A DNA stretch of 50,738 nucleotides, taken from NCBI GenBank assembly GCA_002773575.1, contig PFAT01000021.1, positions 1 through 50,738 of the forward strand, given 5' to 3'. Under the pieces are notes generated by a model, which worked only from the letters and a program-made list of their open reading frames with translations, was not told where the DNA came from and ran no database searches. A program made the translations under genes and the position numbers. The DNA is from Candidatus Falkowbacteria bacterium CG10_big_fil_rev_8_21_14_0_10_44_15 (GTDB lineage: Bacteria; Patescibacteriota; Patescibacteriia; Patescibacteriales; XYC2-FULL-47-12). Below, one piece after another: positions 24,728 to 33,232 of the stretch. Every line of letters begins with the position of its first letter. Position 1 is the first letter of the stretch.

Positions 24728-25714
24728 ATGAACGAAATAAGCAATCCATATTTATCAATAGTCATCCCTCTTTTCAACGAAGAAGAAGTCGTGCCTAAAT
24801 TATTGCCGGAGTTGGGCGCGGTTTGCGGCTCCTTAGGGCAAAGCTACGAAATTATTTTGGTTGACGACGGTTCTAACGACCGGACGCCGTTATTATTAAA
24901 AGAGGCGGCCGCCAGCGACAGCCGCCTTAAAGTTTTAAAGTTTTCCAGAAACTTTGGCCATCAGGCGGCTTTTAACGCCGGGATTGATTTTGCCCAAGGA
25001 GAGGTGGTCGTCACCATGGATGGAGACTTGCAGCACCCGCCGTCCTTAATTCCTGAATTTATTAAACACGCCCAAGCCGGCTTCGACATCGTGATCGGCG
25101 AGCGGACGTCAAACCGGCAGAATTCTTGGTTGCGGGAAATAATCGGTAAGACAATCTATCGGGCGTTAAGCGCCATGTCCGGCCTGCAATTTAAAAATTC
25201 TTCCGACTTTGCTTTATATAACCGGCAGGTGGTCGCCGTTTTAAAGCAATTGCCGGAAAAAGAAAGATTTTTAAGAGGGATAGTGCAATGGGTCGGTTTT
25301 AAGAAATATTACATTCCTTACGCGGTGCAAGCCAGGCAAGCCGGTGAAGCAAAATATACTTTCAAAAGGTTAACCAGCTTAGTTTTGAGCGGGGTAACCT
25401 CTTTTTCTGCCGCCCCGTTGCGACTCGCTTTTTGGGCGGGGTTGTTGGTTTTAGCGGCCAGCATCTTTTTCGCCGCTTATGTAATTTGGGACCATTATAC
25501 TCGCCCCAACCCGCTCATTGCCGGCTGGGCAACGCTCGTAATTTTAGTTTTATTTTTAGGCAGCATTCAATTAATAGTTTTGGGCGTGATTGGGGAATAT
25601 CTTTATAAAATGTTTTATGAAGTTAAAGGCCGTCCGTTATATATAATAGCCGAGGCCGTCAACATCGACCGCGCGCGCGTCGGGCGAACCCCGTACGGAA
25701 TACACAACTTTTAA
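24728..25714 (+). CDS. GT2 polyprenyl-phosphate glycosyltransferase (ArnC/GtrB/Dpm1-like) with two C-terminal TM helices
   Basis: LSIVIPLFNEEE, YEIILVDDGSNDRT, MDGDLQHPP, and C-terminal TM helices (LAFWAGLLVLAASIFF.., ATLVILVLFLGSIQLIVLGVIGEY). Confidence 0.85.
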   Translation: MNEISNPYLSIVIPLFNEEEVVPKLLPELGAVCGSLGQSYEIILVDDGSNDRTPLLLKEAAASDSRLKVLKFSRNFGHQAAFNAGIDFAQGEVVVTMDGDLQHPPSLIPEFIKHAQAGFDIVIGERTSNRQNSWLREIIGKTIYRALSAMSGLQFKNSSDFALYNRQVVAVLKQLPEKERFLRGIVQWVGFKKYYIPYAVQARQAGEAKYTFKRLTSLVLSGVTSFSAAPLRLAFWAGLLVLAASIFFAAYVIWDHYTRPNPLIAGWATLVILVLFLGSIQLIVLGVIGEYLYKMFYEVKGRPLYIIAEAVNIDRARVGRTPYGIHNF

Positions 25715-25727
25715 AATAGCTAATGAT

Positions 25728-26498
25728 ATGTTAAAAATAATTGCCGATGATTTCGGTCTCGCTGGTTGCGTTAACGACGGCATTATTTATTTATTAACAA
25801 CGGGTAAAATTAACGGAGCGTCTTTAATGGCTAACGGCGTTGCTTTTGACGACGCAGTTTCCAAAATAAAATCCGGGGCAGCCAGCAATTTAAATATCGG
25901 AGCGCATTTAGTTTGGGTGGAAGAGAAATCCTTAAGCGGCGTAAAGTTGTCCGGAAATTATAAAATATTTTTTATTAAATACCTGTTAGGGTTAATTAAA
26001 TTGGCGGACATAGAACAAGAAGCAAGAACCCAGTTAGATAAAATCAGCCGCAGTGGCATTAAACCCCAATTTATCAATAGCCATCAACATTTACATTTAC
26101 TGCCAAGTATCACAAATATTGTCATTAAGCTCGCCCAAGAATATAACATCGCCCATATTCGAACCGTGAACGAACCGATTAATTTTGGGGGCGGTAAGTT
26201 ATTGAGAAAGTTACAACTATTGTTTCTGCGCTGGCTGTCAAGGTCGGCTAAAATTAAAATAAAAACAGCCGGCCTGCAAATTAACGATTTTTTTGTGGGC
26301 GTTGTTAACGCCGGCAATTTAGATAAAAGCTACTTAGAATATGCCAATCATATCGCTAACCAATATCCTAACGCAACGGTTGAACTGGGATGTCATCCGG
26401 GCTTTGAGGACGAGGCATTAAGAAAGAAATGTCAACATTGGGGCAATTATCATTGGCAGCAAGAGTTTGAGCTATTAAAAAATCACCACCATGGATAA
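25728..26498 (+). CDS. YdjC/ChbG/HpnK-family carbohydrate deacetylase
   Basis: MLKIIADDFGLAGCVNDGI....GKINGASLMANG and INSHQHLHLLP give the characteristic YdjC metal-binding pattern. Confidence 0.75.
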   Translation: MLKIIADDFGLAGCVNDGIIYLLTTGKINGASLMANGVAFDDAVSKIKSGAASNLNIGAHLVWVEEKSLSGVKLSGNYKIFFIKYLLGLIKLADIEQEARTQLDKISRSGIKPQFINSHQHLHLLPSITNIVIKLAQEYNIAHIRTVNEPINFGGGKLLRKLQLLFLRWLSRSAKIKIKTAGLQINDFFVGVVNAGNLDKSYLEYANHIANQYPNATVELGCHPGFEDEALRKKCQHWGNYHWQQEFELLKNHHHG

Positions 26499-27486
26499 AT
26501 TATCATCCAAAAATTATCTTGCCGATGGACAAACCGACAGCGCGACAGATGTTTCCATTATCTTGCCGATACATAATGAAGCTGAAAATATTAACTTATT
26601 ATACCAAGAGACTAAAGATGTTTTAAATGCGTTAGGGGAGAGCTATGAAATAATTTGCGTTGAAGACGGTTCTCAAGACAGCAGCCTTGAAATTTTAAAG
26701 AAATTATCATCGTTTGACACGTCGCTCAAAGTGATTGTTTTTAAGCATAATTTTGGCCAAACCGCGGCGTTATCTGCCGGAATCAGCGCCGCCCAGGGCG
26801 CGGTCATTATACCCATGGATGCCGATGGACAAAATGACCCGCGCGACATCCCTCATTTTTTAGAAAAAATTGCGGCGGGAGCGAGCGTAGTTTCCGGTTG
26901 GCGCAAGCATCGCCGGGATAAATTATTTTCCCGCGTCATTCCTTCTAAAATCGCTAACTGGTTAATCGGTTTTATTACTGGCGTTAAAATCCACGATTAC
27001 GGGTGTACTATGAAAGCGTATCGCCGGGAGATAATCCAAGGAGTTAGCTTATACGGCGAAATGCATCGTTTTATCGCGGCGTACGCGGCTTGGCACGGCG
27101 GCAGAGTAGAAGAAATTGTGGTTAACCACCGCCCGCGCGGCAGCGGGCAAACGCACTACGGGATATCGCGCACCTTTAAAGTGCTGTTAGATTTAGTCGT
27201 GATTATTTTTTTATCAAAGTATATCAATCGCCCGATGCATTTTTTTGGCGGTATCGGCTTCATATCTTTTTTTCTCGGTTTAGCCGCCGGCACGGCTTCA
27301 GTCGCGCTTAAACTCTTTCACATCCGCGATTTGGTAGCGACGCCTCTGCCGACATTTTCCGCGCTCTTGCTCATTGTCGGTATCCAGCTAATTGTGCTGG
27401 GCATTATTGCCGAAATGATTATGCGCGTGTACTATGAAGCGCAGGATAAAAAGCCATATCAAATTAAAGCTAAAATTAATTTTTAG
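26491..27486 (+). CDS. GT2 polyprenyl-phosphate glycosyltransferase (GtrB/Dpm1-like) with C-terminal TM helices
   Basis: VSIILPIHNEAENI, YEIICVEDGSQDSS, MDADGQNDPRDIP, and TM helices near the C-terminus. It overlaps the upstream gene by 8 nt. Confidence 0.85.
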   Translation: MDKLSSKNYLADGQTDSATDVSIILPIHNEAENINLLYQETKDVLNALGESYEIICVEDGSQDSSLEILKKLSSFDTSLKVIVFKHNFGQTAALSAGISAAQGAVIIPMDADGQNDPRDIPHFLEKIAAGASVVSGWRKHRRDKLFSRVIPSKIANWLIGFITGVKIHDYGCTMKAYRREIIQGVSLYGEMHRFIAAYAAWHGGRVEEIVVNHRPRGSGQTHYGISRTFKVLLDLVVIIFLSKYINRPMHFFGGIGFISFFLGLAAGTASVALKLFHIRDLVATPLPTFSALLLIVGIQLIVLGIIAEMIMRVYYEAQDKKPYQIKAKINF

Positions 27487-27490
27487 AATA

Positions 27491-29179
27491 ATGTTTGCTA
27501 TCCGTCAATACGTTGCTAAATACATAAATTATCATACGGCTTTGATTGCTATATTGGCAATTGCATTTTTGTTGCACATCCCCGGCCTATTTTATAGCTT
27601 CCCCCTTAAAAATACCGTTGGCGATGAAGTGACGACCATGGGAGCAATCTTTAAAATGATGGACGACCAAAGCTTGCGACCCGACTATCAATCGTTTTAT
27701 CATCTGCCGGTAACCGCCTACGCGCAGTTGCCGTTTTACGCCGCGCTGGTTTTGTTTTTGAAGTTTTCCGGTTTATTCGCTGATTTTACGGAATTAAAAA
27801 AATTTGTAATTTTGGATTACGGCTACTTTTTGCCGTTCGCGCGGCTTATCACCGCTTTATTCGCCACGGCGGCCGGTTACCTAATGTACAAATTAGCGAA
27901 CCGCATTTTTGTAAATAAAAAAGTAGCCGTGTTGGCAAGTTTTCTACTGTCGTTTAACTTGATGTTTTTTCAGGTAACGCATTTTGCCCGCGCCTGGGCT
28001 TTGCAGATTTTGTTGTTATTGACAGCCGTCTATGTTTATTATGTTTTTTTCACCAAAGACAAACCCCGAGCGAAGGACTATTTTTTGATCAGCTTAGTCA
28101 CCGCTCTGGCGCTGGGGGTACACTTAGCGAGCGCTTTAGTTTATTTAATTTTTTTAACATTGTATTTTAACAAGCACCACTGGCGAGATTTCGTAAGTTT
28201 GCGTCCCGGCTGGTGGAGCCGTTATCGCCATTTCGTCTACTTGCAACTTTATATTATAGGGTGGCTTGGGCTTTGGTATTATCTTAACCCCACCGGATTT
28301 CTTATTTATCTCCAGCAACCCGGCATTGAAAGCGTAAGCCGCGACTGGACCCTATGGAGCAACATCGCTTTTTACGGCAAAATATTCTTTAATTATGACG
28401 CCTGGTTAGCGGTAGCGGCCATACCGGCGTTAATTTTATTTTATAAAAGATACCCAGCGCTCTGCTTTGGTTTTGTTGCTTTCATTTTGGCGTGGGTGAT
28501 TTCTATTGCCTATTCAATCCATTCGGAGCCGCGCTTTATCATTGCTACGATTCCTTTCTTAATTTTGCCAGTGAGTTATTTCCTAGTTTGGCTGGCGGAT
28601 AGATTGGCAAAATCATGGCAACGTTTATTATGGTATTTAGTTATAATAGTGATAGTAATGTATCTGCCGCTCTTATGGACAAAAGACATCCTTAAGCCGA
28701 ACACCTTACTGCTGGCGCGGCGATGGATTTTGGACAATGTTCCCTCTGATGCGGTGATACTATCAGGCAACCCTTATCTTGATTTGCCGGAAAATCAAGC
28801 GGCGGCGCTCTATCTTAGAGCGTTGAGCCCTAAAAAAGACACGGTTGAGCGGCGGTTTATCATTGCCGCTGACCCGCTAGATTTGCCTAAACCGCGCTAT
28901 TTTGTTGTCACGGCGCAAGGGCTCGGCGGCATCGCCGATAGTTTTAAAGATATTTTGCCGGATCTTCAGTACGCGGTTATTTCTTTTTGGAATAATGAGG
29001 AGCGCGCAGTCGTTAGGCGCAACGCATCTGCGCTGAACATGAATTTACTGCAGGCATATTATCCGCTGTCGGCGCCGGCAGACGCAGCCGACATCGCCAA
29101 TAACATGCTTCATCCTTACGCTGACTTGCGGCAGGTTGAAAAAACCGGGCCGTTTGTGGAAATATATAAAGTTAATTAA
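27491..29179 (+). CDS. GT-C fold membrane glycosyltransferase (PMT_2/ArnT-like)
   Basis: The start is taken at ATG 27491 (MFAIRQYV). The track's 27434 start would overlap the GT2 gene by 53 nt. About 11 TM helices are present. The first loop carries an acidic motif (VGDEVTTMG). A soluble C-terminal domain follows. It lies directly downstream of a polyprenyl-P GT2. Confidence 0.7.
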   Translation: MFAIRQYVAKYINYHTALIAILAIAFLLHIPGLFYSFPLKNTVGDEVTTMGAIFKMMDDQSLRPDYQSFYHLPVTAYAQLPFYAALVLFLKFSGLFADFTELKKFVILDYGYFLPFARLITALFATAAGYLMYKLANRIFVNKKVAVLASFLLSFNLMFFQVTHFARAWALQILLLLTAVYVYYVFFTKDKPRAKDYFLISLVTALALGVHLASALVYLIFLTLYFNKHHWRDFVSLRPGWWSRYRHFVYLQLYIIGWLGLWYYLNPTGFLIYLQQPGIESVSRDWTLWSNIAFYGKIFFNYDAWLAVAAIPALILFYKRYPALCFGFVAFILAWVISIAYSIHSEPRFIIATIPFLILPVSYFLVWLADRLAKSWQRLLWYLVIIVIVMYLPLLWTKDILKPNTLLLARRWILDNVPSDAVILSGNPYLDLPENQAAALYLRALSPKKDTVERRFIIAADPLDLPKPRYFVVTAQGLGGIADSFKDILPDLQYAVISFWNNEERAVVRRNASALNMNLLQAYYPLSAPADAADIANNMLHPYADLRQVEKTGPFVEIYKVN

Positions 29180-29188
29180 GAGATTAAT

Positions 29189-31075
29189 ATGTGCGGCATC
29201 GCCGGTTATTTTGGCAGCGGCAGCCAAGAAATTTTAGCAAAGATGACAAACGCACTTCGCCATCGCGGACCCGATGACGAAGGTTTTTATTTAGACGGCC
29301 AAGTCGGGTTAGGGCACCGGCGGCTTTCTATTATTGACTTATCTCCCGCCGGGCATCAGCCCATGAGTAACGACGGCCAAGACATCTGGCTGGTTTTTAA
29401 CGGCGAGATTTATAATTTTAGGGAATTGCGACAGGAACTTATTAGTCAGGGCTATAAATTTAAAAGTAATTCCGACACCGAAGTCATTATTAATTTATAC
29501 GCAGCCATTGGCGTTGAGGCATTCAAAAAATTAAACGGCATGTTCGCGGCCGCTTTATACGACGCGCGCCAAGATAAGCTGATTTTAGCGCGCGACCGCT
29601 TAGGCAAAAAGCCGCTGTATTGGGGAATTTTTGGCGCTACTTTAATTTTTGGCTCGGAGTTAAAGGCATTACTGCAACATCCTGATTGCCGGCGGGAGAT
29701 TAACTTAGAATCATTAAATAAATACTTGCTTTATGAATATGTGCCGACGCCGCGTTCAATTTTCAAAGGCATTCATAAATTAGAGCCGGGGCATTATTTA
29801 TCTTATGACGGCCGAAAAGTTGTTAAAACAAAATTTTGGGAAATAACCTTTAAATTACCAATTACCAATTACCAATTACGAATTCAGGAGGTGATGAATG
29901 AGCTGGGGAATAAAATTAATGCGGCGGTAAAGGCGCGGTTAGTGAGCGACGTGCCCTTGGGGATTTTTTTAAGCGGCGGCATTGACAGTTCAACGATTGC
30001 TTACTACGCGCAGCAAAACAGCGTTAAGCCAATAAAAACTTTTTCCATCGGCTTTAAAGAAGACAGCTTTGACGAATCAAAATACGCCCGCTTAGCCGCC
30101 AAACATTTAGGCGCCGAGCATTATGAAAAAATATTAAGCGCTAAAGATTCTTTGGATTTAATCCCGCGCATCGCTGATTTATTGGATGAGCCTCTCGGAG
30201 ACGCTTCAATACTGCCGACCTATTTATTGTCTGAATTTACCAAAGAAAAAGTAACGGTCGCTTTGGGCGGGGACGGCGGCGACGAATTATTTTGCGGCTA
30301 TGATACTTTTCCGGCGGAAAAATTCGCGGCAATTTACGAAAAAATTCCGTTAATTATTAGAAGACAAATAATTGAAAGAGTAGCTCTTAACTTGCCTGTT
30401 TCTTTTAAAAATATCAGTTTTGATTTTAAACTAAAAAAATTTATCGCCGGTGGCGGAGAAAAAAACATCCGGCGGCGCCACGCAAGTTGGCTTGGCTCTT
30501 TTAGCCGCGAGCGGCGCGCGCAGCTTTTTACCCCCGAAGTCTGGCGTGAACTGCAAGCAGTTAACGAATACGAAGAGCTGGATGCTTATGAAGCAAACGT
30601 CAGGGAGCAGCCCGACTGGAATAAGTTGATTTATGCTTATTTGAGAACATATCTAATGGATGATATACTGGTAAAAGTTGACCGCGCGAGCATGGGCAAC
30701 GCGCTGGAGGTGCGGGCGCCTTTTTTGGATTTTTCCGTCGTTGATTTCGTTAACAGCCTCCCGTTTGAGTTTAAAATGAAAGGTTTAATTACTAAGTTTA
30801 TTTTGAAAGAACTGATGAAAGATAAACTGCCGATAGCAATTGTCAATCGCCAGAAGAAAGGTTTTGGCATTCCGCTGGCGCAATGGCTGACGGCAGATTT
30901 GCGGCCGCTGCTGGATGAATTATTATCGGAAGGTTATCTACGGCGACAAGGTTTGTTTAATTCCGTTTTTGTTTCTAAATTAGTCAAAGACCATATTGAG
31001 CGCCGGGCGGATAATAGAAAGCCGCTTTGGACTCTGCTTTGTTTTCAGTTGTGGCAGAAAAGGTGGTTAAAATAA
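29189..31075 (+). CDS. asnB: Asparagine synthase (glutamine-hydrolysing) family amidotransferase
   Basis: MCGIAGYFG (Ntn Cys2), HRGPDD, SGGIDSS (PP-loop), 628 aa. In glycan clusters this family usually amidates uronic acids (WbpS-like role; inference). Confidence 0.9.
   Translation: MCGIAGYFGSGSQEILAKMTNALRHRGPDDEGFYLDGQVGLGHRRLSIIDLSPAGHQPMSNDGQDIWLVFNGEIYNFRELRQELISQGYKFKSNSDTEVIINLYAAIGVEAFKKLNGMFAAALYDARQDKLILARDRLGKKPLYWGIFGATLIFGSELKALLQHPDCRREINLESLNKYLLYEYVPTPRSIFKGIHKLEPGHYLSYDGRKVVKTKFWEITFKLPITNYQLRIQEVMNELGNKINAAVKARLVSDVPLGIFLSGGIDSSTIAYYAQQNSVKPIKTFSIGFKEDSFDESKYARLAAKHLGAEHYEKILSAKDSLDLIPRIADLLDEPLGDASILPTYLLSEFTKEKVTVALGGDGGDELFCGYDTFPAEKFAAIYEKIPLIIRRQIIERVALNLPVSFKNISFDFKLKKFIAGGGEKNIRRRHASWLGSFSRERRAQLFTPEVWRELQAVNEYEELDAYEANVREQPDWNKLIYAYLRTYLMDDILVKVDRASMGNALEVRAPFLDFSVVDFVNSLPFEFKMKGLITKFILKELMKDKLPIAIVNRQKKGFGIPLAQWLTADLRPLLDELLSEGYLRRQGLFNSVFVSKLVKDHIERRADNRKPLWTLLCFQLWQKRWLK
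29853..29887 (+). repeat. In-frame heptamer array (AATTACC)x3 AATTACG AATTCAG
   Basis: Encodes LPITNYQLRIQ in the linker between the glutaminase and synthetase domains. It belongs to the same AATTACG family as the arrays at 23111 and 13418. Confidence 0.85.
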
Positions 31076-31082
31076 AAATTAT

Positions 31083-31661
31083 ATGGATAATAATTTAACT
31101 AAATTAAACTTAGGCTGCGGCGAAGAAAAAAAAGCCGGCTATGTTAATTTAGATTGGCAGTCGCTGACAGAGCCGGATGTTAGACATGATTTAAACGAAT
31201 TTCCTTACCCGTTTGCGGATAATACTTTTGATTTGATCGAGGCCTCGCATATTGTAGAGCATTTAGACAAGCCATTCGCCGTAATGAAAGAATTGCATCG
31301 TATTTTAAAACCGGACGGCAAATTGTTAATTAAAGTGCCGCATTTCAGCCGCGGCTTTACGCACGCCGAGCACGCGCACGGTTTTGACGTTACTTTTCCG
31401 CTTTATTTTAATCGGCAATTCACTCGTTCCGGTTTTTACGGCGTGGAGTTTAAATTGGAGAAAATGCGTTTGCACTGGCTCGCCTTTTTTCACCTCTTGC
31501 CGTATTTGGGCTACGGGAAAATCAGCATTTTTATTCTGCGGATGATTAATGCAATAATTTCTTTTCTAGCTAACTTGAATCAAGGATTTTGCAGCCGGAT
31601 TTGGTGCTACTGGGTGGGAGGCTTTGACGAAATAGAATTTAATTTTATTTGCGTTAAGTAA
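31083..31661 (+). CDS. Class I SAM-dependent methyltransferase
   Basis: LNLGCGEEK, FDLIEASHIVEHLDKP, ELHRILKPDGKLLIKVP. Confidence 0.8.
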   Translation: MDNNLTKLNLGCGEEKKAGYVNLDWQSLTEPDVRHDLNEFPYPFADNTFDLIEASHIVEHLDKPFAVMKELHRILKPDGKLLIKVPHFSRGFTHAEHAHGFDVTFPLYFNRQFTRSGFYGVEFKLEKMRLHWLAFFHLLPYLGYGKISIFILRMINAIISFLANLNQGFCSRIWCYWVGGFDEIEFNFICVK

Positions 31662-31664
31662 TTT

Positions 31665-32498
31665 ATGAGCGTAAAATCCGACCAACCAACCGCCGCCGCT
31701 TTTGCCCAATCATGGAATAATTTGCCTAGCGGCTCAATTTATACTAAAGAGCAATTTGAGGATTGGCTTCAGCCATTGACAGCCAAAGAAATTCGCGGGC
31801 GAACAGTTTTAGAATTAGGCTGCGGCAACGGCAGCTTGCTTGCACATATGGCTAATTGGCAGCCGTCACTGTTGGTCGGCGTTGATTTGGGCGATTCAGT
31901 GGCGGCGGCCAAAAAAAATCTGGCGGCTTTGCCGTTCAAGCATTGGCAAATCATCAAAGCCGATTTGGTTGAATGGCAAAGCGATGGCTTTGACGTGGCA
32001 TACTGTATCGGCGTTCTGCATCATTTGCAAGAGCCGCGGGCGGGATTTGCCGCCGTTACTCGTAATGTTAAGCCGGGCGGCCAATTCCATATTTGGGTTT
32101 ACGCGCGCGAAGGCAACGGCGTGATTATATGTTTAGTTGACCCGTTGCGCAAAATAGTGTCCCGTTGCCTGCCTTGGTGGATGATAAAATACGGGATAGC
32201 CACGCCACTGGCGGCGCCATTTTTTTTATACGCTAAGCTATTATTTTATCTGCCGCGCTTAACTTGGCTGCGCAGTTTGCCGCTTTATCAATATTGCCTT
32301 TGGATAGCCAAGCGCGAATTTGCTTTTTTTCGCCATGTGGCCTTTGACCAACTAATAACGCCGCAGACAACTTATTTAAGCCGCAAAACTATTGAGAGTT
32401 GGCTTAAAAATAACCGGCGCGTAGATCAAGACAGCGTTTACATTATTAGCCGTAACGGCAATTCCTGGAAATTCGGGGGACGGGTTAAAAATAATTAG
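31665..32498 (+). CDS. Class I SAM-dependent methyltransferase
   Basis: VLELGCGNGS, FDVAYCIGVLHHLQEP, VKPGGQFHIWVY. Confidence 0.75.
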   Translation: MSVKSDQPTAAAFAQSWNNLPSGSIYTKEQFEDWLQPLTAKEIRGRTVLELGCGNGSLLAHMANWQPSLLVGVDLGDSVAAAKKNLAALPFKHWQIIKADLVEWQSDGFDVAYCIGVLHHLQEPRAGFAAVTRNVKPGGQFHIWVYAREGNGVIICLVDPLRKIVSRCLPWWMIKYGIATPLAAPFFLYAKLLFYLPRLTWLRSLPLYQYCLWIAKREFAFFRHVAFDQLITPQTTYLSRKTIESWLKNNRRVDQDSVYIISRNGNSWKFGGRVKNN

Positions 32499-32500
32499 CT

Positions 32501-33232
32501 ATGGATGAAGTTTTGCATAAAACCTATCAGGAAGTAGAAGAAAGACATTGGTGGTTTGTCGGCCGGCGATTGCTTATTTGGCAGCTGCTGAAAAAACATT
32601 ATTACTCTGAAAAATCCGCGGCCATACTTGACGTCGGCTGCAACAGCGGCTTTTTGGTGGCGCAGTTGCAGACGGCGGGATATGACGCCGCCGGCTGCGA
32701 CATATCGGCGGAAGCCGTCAGTTACGGGCAAAACCAGGGCAGAAGGGGGCTATCGGTGTGCGCCTTGCCCCAGTTACATTATCCAAATGGACAATTTGAC
32801 GCCGTGCTGTGCCTTGATACTTTGGAGCATATCCGGGACGATAAACTGGCTATCAGGGAAATAGGCAGAGTTTTAAAACCGGGCGGAATTGCCATCGTTA
32901 CGGTCCCCGCTTTTATGTTTTTATGGGGTCTGCAGGACGAAATTTCCCATCACTTTCGCCGGTATACAAAAAAGGAATTATTAGTTAAAATACAAGCAGC
33001 CGGCTTTAGCATAGAGCGCGTGGGTTACTTTAATTTTTTTCTTTTCCCGCTAATTTATTTAGTACGGCAGGCCGCTAAAATAATGCCGCTGCGCCGCCGC
33101 TCCGATTTTGACATTAACAATAAGTTAGTAAATTATGTCCTCAAAAATATATTTTTATCGGAAATATGGCTATTAAAAATCATATCTTATCCGTTCGGCG
33201 TTTCTTTGCTGGTAGTAGCAAAGAAAATTTAA
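32501..33232 (+). CDS. Class I SAM-dependent methyltransferase
   Basis: ILDVGCNSGF, FDAVLCLDTLEHIRDD, VLKPGGIAIVTVPAF...HHFRRYT. Confidence 0.8.
   Translation: MDEVLHKTYQEVEERHWWFVGRRLLIWQLLKKHYYSEKSAAILDVGCNSGFLVAQLQTAGYDAAGCDISAEAVSYGQNQGRRGLSVCALPQLHYPNGQFDAVLCLDTLEHIRDDKLAIREIGRVLKPGGIAIVTVPAFMFLWGLQDEISHHFRRYTKKELLVKIQAAGFSIERVGYFNFFLFPLIYLVRQAAKIMPLRRRSDFDINNKLVNYVLKNIFLSEIWLLKIISYPFGVSLLVVAKKI

Noticed and set aside
27434-27490. Upstream extensions of ORFs given by the track (27434, 41553, 14330, 19949, 40311)
   Set aside because: The extensions overlap the preceding gene or use TTG. They add Lys-rich or hydrophobic junk before a well-placed ATG that matches family N-termini. The shorter starts were adopted.
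7684-29887. Short tandem arrays considered as a CRISPR array or other spacer-repeat locus
   Set aside because: The units are 7-8 nt with no unique spacers. The arrays are only 28-63 nt long and mostly lie inside ORFs. No cas genes are present.
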